From contig JAAWTG010000003.1 in the NCBI GenBank assembly GCA_022801925.1, positions 20,611 to 84,610 on the forward strand: 64,000 nucleotides of DNA, in the 5' to 3' direction. The notes below the pieces were generated by a model. That model did no database searches. It saw only the letters and a list, made by a program, of their open reading frames with translations, and had not been told where the DNA came from. The DNA comes from Clostridia bacterium. GTDB taxonomy: Bacteria > Bacillota > Clostridia > RUG12999. The position numbers and the translations under genes are program-made. This document shows, in pieces, positions 32,714-41,672 of this stretch; position 1 is the first letter of the stretch, and each line of letters opens with the position of its first letter.

Positions 32714-33430
32714 GTGATTGTTTATCCTGCGATTGATATTAAGGACGGCGCGTGTGTCCGCCTGTCCCAAGGAAAATTTGACGAGGTTTGCCGGTATACG
32801 GACAAGCCCTATACCATGGCAGAGGAATTTGTCCGCACGGGTGCGCATTGGATTCACACGGTGGATTTGGACGGCGCGCGGGACGGAGAACGCAAAAATG
32901 CACAGGCAATCAAAGAGATTGTGCAAAAAGCGGGAGATATTCCGGTGCAGATTGGCGGCGGCGTGCGCGATATGCTGTCGTTGGAAAAAACGCTAGCGCT
33001 TGGCGTGCGGCGCGTGGTGATTGGCACAGCGGCGGTCAACAATCCGGCGTTTGTGCAGGAAGCAGTGCGTAAATACGGCGACCATATTGCCGTAGGCATT
33101 GACGCAAAAGACGGATTTGCCGCAACGCATGGCTGGGAACAGGTGAGCCGCATCAAAGCGGTGGATTTGGCAAAACAGATGGAAGATTACGGCGTAGGAA
33201 CGATTATTTATACAGATATTGCAACAGACGGTATGCTGCAGGGCCCCAATGTGGCGGCAATGCAGGAAATGAGCAAAGCGGTATCCTGTGATATCATTGC
33301 GTCGGGCGGCGTAAGCTGTAAAGACGACGTATTGCGGCTCAAAGAAACGGGCGTAGCGGGTGTGATTATCGGAAAAGCAATCTATGCGGGACGCATCAAT
33401 TTAGAAGATGTTATCCTGTCGGTGGAATAG
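32714..33430 (+). CDS. hisA: ProFAR isomerase HisA
   Basis: [12 protein letters not shown]-terminus. GTG start with a GGAGG RBS. Confidence 0.9.
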   Translation: MIVYPAIDIKDGACVRLSQGKFDEVCRYTDKPYTMAEEFVRTGAHWIHTVDLDGARDGERKNAQAIKEIVQKAGDIPVQIGGGVRDMLSLEKTLALGVRRVVIGTAAVNNPAFVQEAVRKYGDHIAVGIDAKDGFAATHGWEQVSRIKAVDLAKQMEDYGVGTIIYTDIATDGMLQGPNVAAMQEMSKAVSCDIIASGGVSCKDDVLRLKETGVAGVIIGKAIYAGRINLEDVILSVE

Positions 33431-33444
33431 AGAGGTGGGGGAAA

Positions 33445-34200
33445 ATGCTGGCAAAACGAATCATTCCCTGTCTGGACGTCCATGACGGGCGAGTGGTAAA
33501 AGGTGTTAATTTTGTAAACCTGAAAGACGCGGGAGACCCGGTAGAGGTGGCGGCGGTCTATGACAAGGCGGGCGCGGATGAGTTGGTCTTTCTGGACATC
33601 ACAGCTTCGTCGGACGCGCGCAATATTTTGTTGGATGTGGTGCGCGGTGTGGCATCTCAGGTATTTATTCCGTTCACAGTTGGTGGTGGAATACGAAGTG
33701 TAGAGGATTTTCGAGTCATTTTAAAGGAAGGCGCGGATAAAATTTCCATCAATTCCTCTGCGGTTAAGGATAAATCGTTGATTACAGAAGCGGCGCTGCA
33801 ATTCGGCAGCCAATGTGTGGTGGTCGCGATTGACGCGAAACGAAACGGTGAAAGCTGGGAAGTGTATATCAACGGCGGGCGAGTTCCAACAGGATTAGAC
33901 GCGCTGGAATGGGCAAAAGAAGTGGTACGACTAGGTGCGGGAGAAATTTTGCTCACTAGTATGGACGCGGACGGTACCAAAGCGGGATATGACGTGGCGT
34001 TGACACGGGCAGTTTCCGAAGCGGTGGAGGTACCGGTCATTGCATCGGGCGGCGCAGGCACCATGGAACATTTTCGCGATGTGCTCACAGAAGGCAAGGC
34101 GGACGCCGCGCTGGCTGCGTCACTGTTCCATTATAAAGAAATGGAAATAAAAGACTTAAAACAATATTTAAAGAATAGTAAAATAGAAGTGAGAATATAA
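33445..34200 (+). CDS. hisF: Imidazole glycerol phosphate synthase cyclase subunit
   Basis: RIIPCLDV...GGGIR motifs. Confidence 0.95.
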   Translation: MLAKRIIPCLDVHDGRVVKGVNFVNLKDAGDPVEVAAVYDKAGADELVFLDITASSDARNILLDVVRGVASQVFIPFTVGGGIRSVEDFRVILKEGADKISINSSAVKDKSLITEAALQFGSQCVVVAIDAKRNGESWEVYINGGRVPTGLDALEWAKEVVRLGAGEILLTSMDADGTKAGYDVALTRAVSEAVEVPVIASGGAGTMEHFRDVLTEGKADAALAASLFHYKEMEIKDLKQYLKNSKIEVRI

Positions 34201-34223
34201 ATGGGGAAGGAGCGATTAGTCCA

Positions 34224-34889
34224 ATGATACTGGATACGATTAAATTCGATGAAAACGGACTGGTACCTGCTGTTGTGCAGGACGCGAAAACAGGTCAGGT
34301 GCTGATGGTGGCTTATATGAACAGGGAATCGCTGGAAAAAACGATTTCCTGCGGGAAAGCGGTTTTTTATAGCCGCAGCCGTCAGAAACTGTGGCTGAAA
34401 GGGGAAACTTCCGGAAATTACATGAATGTGGAGACGCTACGGGTGGACTGCGATATGGATTGTCTGCTGCTGAAAGTCACGCCGGACGGACCTGCCTGCC
34501 ACACAGGAAAAAACAGTTGTTTTTATCGGGTATTAGATGTGGATAAATTTGTGGAGAATGAAGAAAGCGACAACAAAGCAATTATTTTGCAGGAAGTTTA
34601 TGAAACCATTTTGGACAGAAAGAAAAATCACAAAGAAGGTTCGTATACAAACTATCTGTTTGAAAAAGGGTTGGATAAAATCCTGAAAAAAGTCGGCGAA
34701 GAAGCGACAGAGGTTATCATTGGCGCTAAAAACGCGGGCAATGGAGAGGTGTGCTATGAAATCGCGGATTTGCTCTATCATTTAATGGTACTGATGGCGG
34801 AAAAACAAATGACGTGGGACGAGGTGTTTGGAGAACTCGAAAAACGTCAGGCAGTAGACCGCGGCAGTAAGGAAAAGAAGCCTGTCTAA
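34224..34889 (+). CDS. hisI: Bifunctional phosphoribosyl-AMP cyclohydrolase / phosphoribosyl-ATP pyrophosphatase
   Basis: HisI N-terminal domain ([10 protein letters not shown]) plus a HisE C-terminal domain. Confidence 0.9.
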   Translation: MILDTIKFDENGLVPAVVQDAKTGQVLMVAYMNRESLEKTISCGKAVFYSRSRQKLWLKGETSGNYMNVETLRVDCDMDCLLLKVTPDGPACHTGKNSCFYRVLDVDKFVENEESDNKAIILQEVYETILDRKKNHKEGSYTNYLFEKGLDKILKKVGEEATEVIIGAKNAGNGEVCYEIADLLYHLMVLMAEKQMTWDEVFGELEKRQAVDRGSKEKKPV

Positions 34890-34903
34890 AGAGGTGAATG
34901 GCT

Positions 34904-35359
34904 ATGCAGGAAGTATTATTATGGCTGGTTATCACAGTGGTATTGGTCATCATTGAAATTGTTTCGTTTAATTTAGTGACCATTTGGTTTGCCGGCGGCG
35001 CAACAGCCGCAATGATTGCGGCAATGTTTCATCTGCCCATGTGGGTGCAGTTAATTTTATTTGCGTTTGTGACAACGGTGCTATTGGTGTCAACGCGTCC
35101 GTTTGTTGTGAAGGTGATGGCGAAAAAAACGCCGACAAATTCCGACAGAGTCATTGGCATGGTAGGCATTGTCACAGAAGAAATTGATAACATCAAGGAA
35201 ACCGGCGCAGTGAAAGCGGATGGGAAAGTTTGGTCGGCGCGTTCAGCGGAGGACAGTATCATTCCGGCGGGTGCAATTGTGAATATTCACGAAATCCGCG
35301 GCGTGAAAGTGATTGTCTCACGGACGCAGGAGCAAGCGGAACCGGAACAGGAAAGTTAA
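34904..35359 (+). CDS. NfeD-family membrane protein, short form, partner of the SPFH protein
   Basis: Two to three TM helices plus a C-terminal OB-fold-like domain, immediately upstream of the SPFH gene. Confidence 0.7.
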   Translation: MQEVLLWLVITVVLVIIEIVSFNLVTIWFAGGATAAMIAAMFHLPMWVQLILFAFVTTVLLVSTRPFVVKVMAKKTPTNSDRVIGMVGIVTEEIDNIKETGAVKADGKVWSARSAEDSIIPAGAIVNIHEIRGVKVIVSRTQEQAEPEQES

Positions 35360-35449
35360 GCGGAAACGCAGAAAAGCAGGAGAAAACGGTTGTATCGGCT
35401 GCTGCTCGCATGTTGATGCGCCGCGAAAGCGGCAGATTGGAGGAAAATC

Positions 35450-36382
35450 ATGGGATACATTATATTTGGCATTTTTATTTTGATTGTGCTGTTCATTGTT
35501 TTTAATATCAAAATTGTACCGCAGGCAAATGCGTTTGTTGTAGAACGTCTGGGCGCATATAAAGCGACGTGGGGCGTTGGGCTGCATTTTAAGACACCGT
35601 TTCTGGAAAAAGTGGCAAAAAGAGTGTCGCTGAAAGAAATCGTGGTGGATTTTCCGCCGCAGCCTGTGATTACGGCAGACAACGTTACCATGCAGATTGA
35701 CACGGTTGTCTATTTTCAAATTACCGACCCGAAATTGTATACCTACGGCGTAGAGCGTCCGATGGTAGCCATTGAAAATTTGACAGCGACAACGCTGCGT
35801 AACATTGTTGGTGACATGGAACTCGACCAAACGCTGACGTCGCGTGATGTTGTCAACACAAAAATGCGTGCAATTTTGGACGAAGCGACAGACCCATGGG
35901 GTATTAAAATCAACCGTGTGGAACTGAAAAACATCATGCCGCCGGCGGAAATTCAAAACGCCATGGAAAAACAAATGAAAGCGGAACGTGAACGCCGTGA
36001 ATCTATTTTGAAGGCGGAAGGAGAAAAGAAATCCGCAATTCTGGTGGCGGAAGGGGAAAAAGAATCTCAGATTTTGCGCGCAGAAGCGGAAAAAGAAGCG
36101 CAAATCCGCCGCGCAGAAGGGGAAGCGGAAGCCATTCGTAACGTCCAGAGAGCAACGGCGGACGGTATCCGTATGCTGAAAGAAGCGGCGCCGAGCAATG
36201 AAATTTTGATTCTGAAAAGCTATGAAACCATGGAACAGGTTGCAAACGGCAAAGCGACGAAGTTGATTATTCCTTCCGATATGCAAGGCATGGCAGGTAT
36301 GGCGGCGTCTTTGGCGGAAATCTGGAAAGACGGCGGTAAACCGGAAGTGAAAAAGCCGGCTGCACCACAAATAGAACAATAG
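35450..36382 (+). CDS. SPFH/band-7 (stomatin/flotillin-like, FloA-type) protein
   Basis: N-terminal TM helix, SPFH domain, and a C-terminal EA-rich coiled coil (AEGEKKSAILVAEGEKESQILRAEAEKEAQIRRAEGEAEA). Confidence 0.8.
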   Translation: MGYIIFGIFILIVLFIVFNIKIVPQANAFVVERLGAYKATWGVGLHFKTPFLEKVAKRVSLKEIVVDFPPQPVITADNVTMQIDTVVYFQITDPKLYTYGVERPMVAIENLTATTLRNIVGDMELDQTLTSRDVVNTKMRAILDEATDPWGIKINRVELKNIMPPAEIQNAMEKQMKAERERRESILKAEGEKKSAILVAEGEKESQILRAEAEKEAQIRRAEGEAEAIRNVQRATADGIRMLKEAAPSNEILILKSYETMEQVANGKATKLIIPSDMQGMAGMAASLAEIWKDGGKPEVKKPAAPQIEQ

Positions 36383-36436
36383 GCGAAACCTGTCTACAAA
36401 AAAGGTAAGCCGCTAAAGTGGCATAGAGATTGATGC

Positions 36437-36478
36437 AAAAAGCCCTGATATCATATTTTATGTGATATCAGGGCTTTG
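36437..36478. terminator. Bidirectional rho-independent terminator between the SPFH gene and the convergent EAL gene
   Basis: Perfect 14-bp hairpin AAGCCCTGATATCA/TGATATCAGGGCTT with T-rich flanks on both strands. Confidence 0.8.
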
Positions 36479-36622
36479 GTATTTATATAGAAAGTCAATC
36501 GTTTAGATGAAACCAATCTATAAACGATATTCTCTCCCCAAAAGGCACACACGACTTTGAGGGGAGGCGTGTGCCTGAAAAACCTGTATGTACTGTTGAA
36601 GGTATTCTAAAAGAATATGCAG

Positions 36623-38527
36623 CTACTGCCTATGCTCTTTTAAAAATTTTTTCGCCTCCTTCAGCGGCAAAGCGCGGGAATAGTAAAATCCTTGAATGAG
36701 GTCGCAGTCGGTGCTTAGTACCATTTTATTATGTTCTTCCGTTTCGACACCCTCGCATAGAACGGTGATATTCATGCTGTGTGCCAAGCGAATAAGTCCG
36801 TCCAGCAACATTTTTCCGCGGCTGTCCATAGCGTTTAGAACAATGTCCCGTTCCACTTTCACGTAATCTATTGGATAATGATAGAGGTCAGATAGAGAGG
36901 AATAGCCGCTTCCGATATCATCCAAAGCGATTAGAAATCCAAGCGCCTTACATTTTTGCAGATTTTCCTGCAAAAGTTTCGGATTGTGTGACCGGGAATC
37001 TTCTGTAACCTCAATGATAAGGTGACTGTGGAGAAAAGCGTAACGTTCAGCAATTTCTTTGATATGGTTTGAAAAATCCGGTGCAGTAATGGAATAGCGG
37101 GTGAAATTACAGGATATAAACATATGACCCAAACCGTCCTGTTCCCATTTCGCCAGTTGTTTACATACCTGCGAAAAAATATAGTAATCGTGCGCTGTTA
37201 CAGCGCCGGTTTGGTTCATGAGTTCAATATATTTTGACGGCGGCAGCAATCCTTCTTGCGGATTTTGCCATCTGGATACCGCTTCTGCGCCGTATATTTC
37301 ACCTTTTCGGTTGACAATATATTGCAGATATAACTGAAATTCACCGTCCTTGATTGCCTGCGTGATACGGTGATGCAGGCGTTCATTCTGATGTGTTTCC
37401 GCGACGAGGGTTTGCGTGCTGAAAGAAAAGTTCAGTTTGTGACCCACTGCGTGGAGATATCCTTGTTTTGCGTTGTAGAAAGCGGATTCGCTGTCACAGT
37501 CCATGTTTTCTTCCAGCGCACAAACGCCGGCGGAAAAGAGATTCGTATATTCACTTTTGAATTGACTAAGATAGACGTCCAGTTCGTCCATGATACGCTT
37601 GATTCGTTCTTCTGCCTTTGGTTTATTGCTGCTTTGATAGAGAAAAGCAAACACGCCGGCATTTACCAATGCAAGATATTCTGCGGCGCCGGTTTTTTGA
37701 TTTAAAAATGCTGCCACATACTGCTGAACCGTTTGGGTTTCGCTTCCGCCGTACCGCCGGTTGAAGGTTTCTTCATCAAAGGAAATATAGGCAAGATAGT
37801 ATAGACTTTTGCTTTTATCGGAAATAAGATTGTCGTAGCAATAAATGTAATATTTATCATTTCCGATACCATATTGGGGATGTATCATCAGGTCGTCTTG
37901 CGCAGCTTTCCGCTTTCTCCCAAAATGGATTGCCAGCACCGTCGCTGTCAGCAAAACAACTGATAAAATACCACCTAAAACATATACAAACAATATATGG
38001 ATTCGGTTCACGCCGCCGTATTCCCTTGTATAGGACGAGAGAAACGTAAGTTTTTGTTCCGCAGATATCTCGGAAAACGCAGCGGAAACCTTTGATACGA
38101 TTTCTTCAGAGGCAATGTTAGAAAATGCAAAACAGACCCGCCGCTCTCTGCCGTCAATCGTAATGTTGGAAACGAACTGCGGCGTCTTTATATACTGCTC
38201 GTCAATCGCTTCCTCCAAATAGGCGGATATGATATCTGCCTGCCCGTTTTTTGCCAGACGCGCCTGTGCATGGGGACTGCTATCCTCCAAATACTGAAAA
38301 GTATAACCGGTTTTTTCAGAAATCACCGCATAAAGCTGCGGCATGAGACCGGCAAACTGTCCGCTCTTATCGTCATAATATTCTATCGGATACATATCGG
38401 TGTTTCCTGCCACATAAACGGTGGATTCTGAAGCAAACGAATGAACAGCAGCAAGAAACATAGAAAGCACGATAATACAGATATAGATACATATGGTTCT
38501 GACGAGCCCCATGTTACGGTTGTTCAT
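36623..38527 (-). CDS. Membrane-anchored sensor protein with a periplasmic domain, a degenerate GGDEF-like region and an EAL c-di-GMP phosphodiesterase domain
   Basis: C-terminal EAL motifs (LIALDDIGSGYSSL, DYVKVERDIV, QGFYYSRALP). Start chosen at MNNRNMG, which has a GGTGGA RBS. The longer ORF extension overlaps the upstream gene out of frame. Confidence 0.8.
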   Translation of the reverse strand: MNNRNMGLVRTICIYICIIVLSMFLAAVHSFASESTVYVAGNTDMYPIEYYDDKSGQFAGLMPQLYAVISEKTGYTFQYLEDSSPHAQARLAKNGQADIISAYLEEAIDEQYIKTPQFVSNITIDGRERRVCFAFSNIASEEIVSKVSAAFSEISAEQKLTFLSSYTREYGGVNRIHILFVYVLGGILSVVLLTATVLAIHFGRKRKAAQDDLMIHPQYGIGNDKYYIYCYDNLISDKSKSLYYLAYISFDEETFNRRYGGSETQTVQQYVAAFLNQKTGAAEYLALVNAGVFAFLYQSSNKPKAEERIKRIMDELDVYLSQFKSEYTNLFSAGVCALEENMDCDSESAFYNAKQGYLHAVGHKLNFSFSTQTLVAETHQNERLHHRITQAIKDGEFQLYLQYIVNRKGEIYGAEAVSRWQNPQEGLLPPSKYIELMNQTGAVTAHDYYIFSQVCKQLAKWEQDGLGHMFISCNFTRYSITAPDFSNHIKEIAERYAFLHSHLIIEVTEDSRSHNPKLLQENLQKCKALGFLIALDDIGSGYSSLSDLYHYPIDYVKVERDIVLNAMDSRGKMLLDGLIRLAHSMNITVLCEGVETEEHNKMVLSTDCDLIQGFYYSRALPLKEAKKFLKEHRQ

Positions 38528-39008
38528 TTTGACATCCACCCTTTTCAATCTTTTTTCGAGTGACCGGAGAAAAGTGTTGCGGTTCTGAAAGCACCTCACT
38601 TTTCTCAGACAAATTATCACCCAATATATCAAGTAATTGCTGAATGCTATCGCGTACATCATGGATACCGGCACTGCATTCACGGATTCGTTTTTGCAGT
38701 TCATGGGCGCATTCCAGATTTTTTTCCAGAAACTTTGCATTTTCAGCATTTGCTTTTTGCTTCAATTCTACTGCATACATTTTTGCATCGGTCAACACTT
38801 CCGCCACACGGTCGCGTTCTGCATAAAAAGCTGCGTTTTCCTGCTCAAGCCGTGCAATTTTTTTATTGAATTCCTGCACTGCCTGTTCGTGTGCTGTTAT
38901 GGTATCCATCATTTTCAGGGAAAATTTTTCGTTCATTTTTGCGATATATTCACATATATCGCTTTTTTTATATCCCCAAAATCCCTTTTTCAAACGTGTA
39001 ATATCCAT
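38514..39008 (-). CDS. DivIVA-domain coiled-coil protein (GpsB/DivIVA-like)
   Basis: N-terminal LKKGFWGYKKSDICEYIAKM matches the DivIVA N-terminal pattern (K.F..RGY...EV..FL..V), and the rest is coiled coil. RBS GGAAAGGAGA. Confidence 0.6.
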   Translation of the reverse strand: MDITRLKKGFWGYKKSDICEYIAKMNEKFSLKMMDTITAHEQAVQEFNKKIARLEQENAAFYAERDRVAEVLTDAKMYAVELKQKANAENAKFLEKNLECAHELQKRIRECSAGIHDVRDSIQQLLDILGDNLSEKSEVLSEPQHFSPVTRKKIEKGGCQNEQP

Positions 39009-39054
39009 AAAAATCTCCTTTCCGATTTTTCGGTATCATAGCCGGACACGCTTT

Positions 39055-40458
39055 TTAATGCAACTTGATTTTTTTGCGTTCAATACGACCCCATTGTGTT
39101 TTCTTTTTGCGATAGCCAATAAATGCGGTGGAGCGTACCCAAGCAAGGATAAACCGCAGACAGGTTAATTCAAAGAAACATAGTAAGACAGCCTTGACAC
39201 CGTCTATAAATGAAATTTTCATATCTGTTGTATAGAGGCGTGAGAAGAATGCCGAAAGCGAGAGGATGGAACTGAATCCGGCATATATCAGGAAAAACAG
39301 AATCATAAACGGAACATGCAATAAACCGGTTGCCCACGCCAAAAGCATAGTGATAACGCCAAATATTTCAATAAACGGTGAAAACAACTCATAAATCAAA
39401 AAGTATAAATAGGATATGAAACTGACTGCACCGAATTTGGGATTGGAAAACATTTTACGGTGCGCAAACATGCTTTGAAACAATCCCAAATGCCATCTTT
39501 TACGCTGGCGGCACAAATCACGCAAGTTTTCGGGTACTTGTGTCCAGCAGATGGCATCGCTGGCATATCGAATACTGTAGTTGATATGGTTCATGGTACA
39601 ATATTCATGCAACTTGACCACCAATTCCATATCCTCGCCGATTGTTTCATTGCTATAACCGCCCGCCGCTATGACTGTCTCTTTTTTGAACAGTCCGAAC
39701 GCACCGGAAATGATAAGAGAACCGTTGAATTTATCAAACAGAATTCTGGACGCCAAAAAAGAACGGGCATATTCTAAAACTTGCATACAAGCCAAGATAT
39801 TACGCGGCATACTATATTTTTTGAGCCGTCCGTTTTCCAGTTCGACTGCATTGGAAATGCGCACCATACCGCCGACGGCAACCACATTATCATTTTCCAG
39901 AACAGGTTGTGCAATGCGGCGCAGGGAGTCATATTGCAGAAAAGAATCGGCGTCAATACAAATAAAATACGGAAATGTGGAGGCATTAATACCCATATTC
40001 AGCGCGTCTGCTTTTCCGCCGTTTCGTTTACGAATGAGCGTCAGCGGTACCTTTTGCAAGCGGGACTCATAGACAAATTCTTCCGGCTGACAGGGAAGTT
40101 GCCGGCGTATCGGACAGTGAACGGGGCGCATGTCAAACGCTTCAATTAACTTTTTGGACATATTGTCTGTGGAACCGTCGTCTACTACAATAATCTCATA
40201 GGAGCGATATTCAAGCTGCAAAAGAGATTTGACGTTTTCCACCACAGTAATTTCTTCATTATAGGCAGGTACGATAATGGTAATCGGAACATAATAGTCC
40301 TGCGGGAGAATGTTTTTCATCAACTCACGCCGACGGAGTTTATACAGTTCAAGAGAGCCGACAACAAGCGAGATAAAAAGGAAGGTTGAATATCCAATGA
40401 GATAGGCGATAAAGAAATAGCCGGTCCAATCCAAGAATACTTTAAGCGTGTCTAACAT
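39055..40458 (-). CDS. Processive family-2 glycosyltransferase / polysaccharide synthase (PgaC/IcaA/NodC/HasA-like)
   Basis: N-terminal TM pair, DDGSTDN, DAD, QRKRW (QxxRW) motif, and 3-4 C-terminal TM helices. The start overlaps the upstream gene's stop (ATGTTAG). Confidence 0.85.
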   Translation of the reverse strand: MLDTLKVFLDWTGYFFIAYLIGYSTFLFISLVVGSLELYKLRRRELMKNILPQDYYVPITIIVPAYNEEITVVENVKSLLQLEYRSYEIIVVDDGSTDNMSKKLIEAFDMRPVHCPIRRQLPCQPEEFVYESRLQKVPLTLIRKRNGGKADALNMGINASTFPYFICIDADSFLQYDSLRRIAQPVLENDNVVAVGGMVRISNAVELENGRLKKYSMPRNILACMQVLEYARSFLASRILFDKFNGSLIISGAFGLFKKETVIAAGGYSNETIGEDMELVVKLHEYCTMNHINYSIRYASDAICWTQVPENLRDLCRQRKRWHLGLFQSMFAHRKMFSNPKFGAVSFISYLYFLIYELFSPFIEIFGVITMLLAWATGLLHVPFMILFFLIYAGFSSILSLSAFFSRLYTTDMKISFIDGVKAVLLCFFELTCLRFILAWVRSTAFIGYRKKKTQWGRIERKKIKLH

Positions 40459-41570
40459 ATGGATGCATCCTCCTTTTCTGCGCGTATCATATCACGAACA
40501 TCAAAATGGTACCGGAGAATTTCGGAGGCGTAGCGGTCATGTCCTTCCAAAACATCAATCAAATCCAGATAAGTCAATCCCAGCCGTTCAAGACTTTGCG
40601 CGGAATTGAACCGGATATGCCAGTTGCGGTGATGTAAATTTGATTTTAAAATTTCCACTGTTTTCTCTGCAGGGTAGGAAGCCAAAACAGAAGATGCTAT
40701 AGCGGCATATTCCCAGCGCATATCGGTTCTGCTGTTCGCATAAAGCAATAAATATTCATATGCCGGTTCATAGCGGTATTTACCGAAATAGCGAATACAG
40801 GCAAACCGGAGTTCATCGTCCTGCGATGTATCCTTCATAAGCCGCAGGATATCTTCGCAATGGTCTCCTGAGCTAAAGCGGAAATAGTTCAGCAGCGTGA
40901 TTTGCATCTTACGCGAGAAATCCTCAAATGTTTCCCAAAGTGCAGCGTTGAGTCGTTGCGTATTACCTGCGAAATTTAATAATCCATCCGCCAACAGTTT
41001 GCTATGATAGACTTTATTTTCATTGTCTATGATTTTTAATGCTTTTACAATGCAAGAAGCGTCTCTGGTAGTATAGAGCGCCTGCATAGCGTTTTCCCTG
41101 CAATAGATGCTCGGTTCATGGAGAAGCCGGAACAACATATCAATCATAGCGTCAAACGGACGGTCTGCCAAAATTCTATATTTTTTGATGATATATGGGA
41201 AATATGCCGCTTCCATAGAATCTTTTTTGCAATATTCGATAGAAAGAGATACAAACACACTGCCAATGGAATAGAGATATTTTCGGACAAGCATTGGATT
41301 TTCAAGATGTTTTTTTTCAAGCGCTGCATCAAAAGCACGCATGTTGCTGATGCGTTTGAGTTTTCCGGAAAGATAGTTTTTGTGTGCGCTGTGCACAGCA
41401 CTGTGCGTTTCCAGCCATATCAGTTCACTGCGGATCCTGTCCTCAAAACCATTGCTGACCCGAAGAATCCTTTTGTCCCTGCGGCGGGAGAGGAATGCAC
41501 TGATGATATTAAATAAAATCATGCCAACGCATATGACAAGATAGACATAAATCATTTTTTCTATGTTCAT
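40452..41570 (-). CDS. Hypothetical membrane-anchored alpha-helical repeat protein (HEAT/TPR-like), unknown function
   Basis: Single N-terminal TM helix followed by about 330 aa of predicted helical repeats. RBS GAAAGGG before MNIEKM. Translationally coupled to the GT2 gene. Confidence 0.5.
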   Translation of the reverse strand: MNIEKMIYVYLVICVGMILFNIISAFLSRRRDKRILRVSNGFEDRIRSELIWLETHSAVHSAHKNYLSGKLKRISNMRAFDAALEKKHLENPMLVRKYLYSIGSVFVSLSIEYCKKDSMEAAYFPYIIKKYRILADRPFDAMIDMLFRLLHEPSIYCRENAMQALYTTRDASCIVKALKIIDNENKVYHSKLLADGLLNFAGNTQRLNAALWETFEDFSRKMQITLLNYFRFSSGDHCEDILRLMKDTSQDDELRFACIRYFGKYRYEPAYEYLLLYANSRTDMRWEYAAIASSVLASYPAEKTVEILKSNLHHRNWHIRFNSAQSLERLGLTYLDLIDVLEGHDRYASEILRYHFDVRDMIRAEKEDASIC

Positions 41571-41593
41571 TGTGAGAACCCTTTCTTTTGGTG

Positions 41594-41660
41594 AGACAAA
41601 CAAAAGTCGAATCTCATGCGGTCACTGCATGGCGCAACCATATTCGACTTTCGTTTGCCT
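41594..41660 (-). repeat. Intra-operon hairpin / short repeat copy (AAAGTCGAAT...ATTCGACTTT followed by a T-rich run), between the glycoside-hydrolase and helical-repeat genes
   Basis: 10-bp stem with a nested CATGC..GCATG stem. On the minus strand it is followed by TTTTGTTTGTCTC. The 27-nt 3' half recurs at 47497-47525 and a variant at 6017-6037. Confidence 0.45.
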
Positions 41661-41672
41661 ATCCGCGTACTG

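Noticed and set aside
38528-38749. N-terminal extension of the EAL ORF (MLKMQSFWKK...)
   Set aside because: It overlaps the DivIVA-like gene out of frame. MNNRNMG at 38527 has a proper RBS and is followed by the first TM helix.
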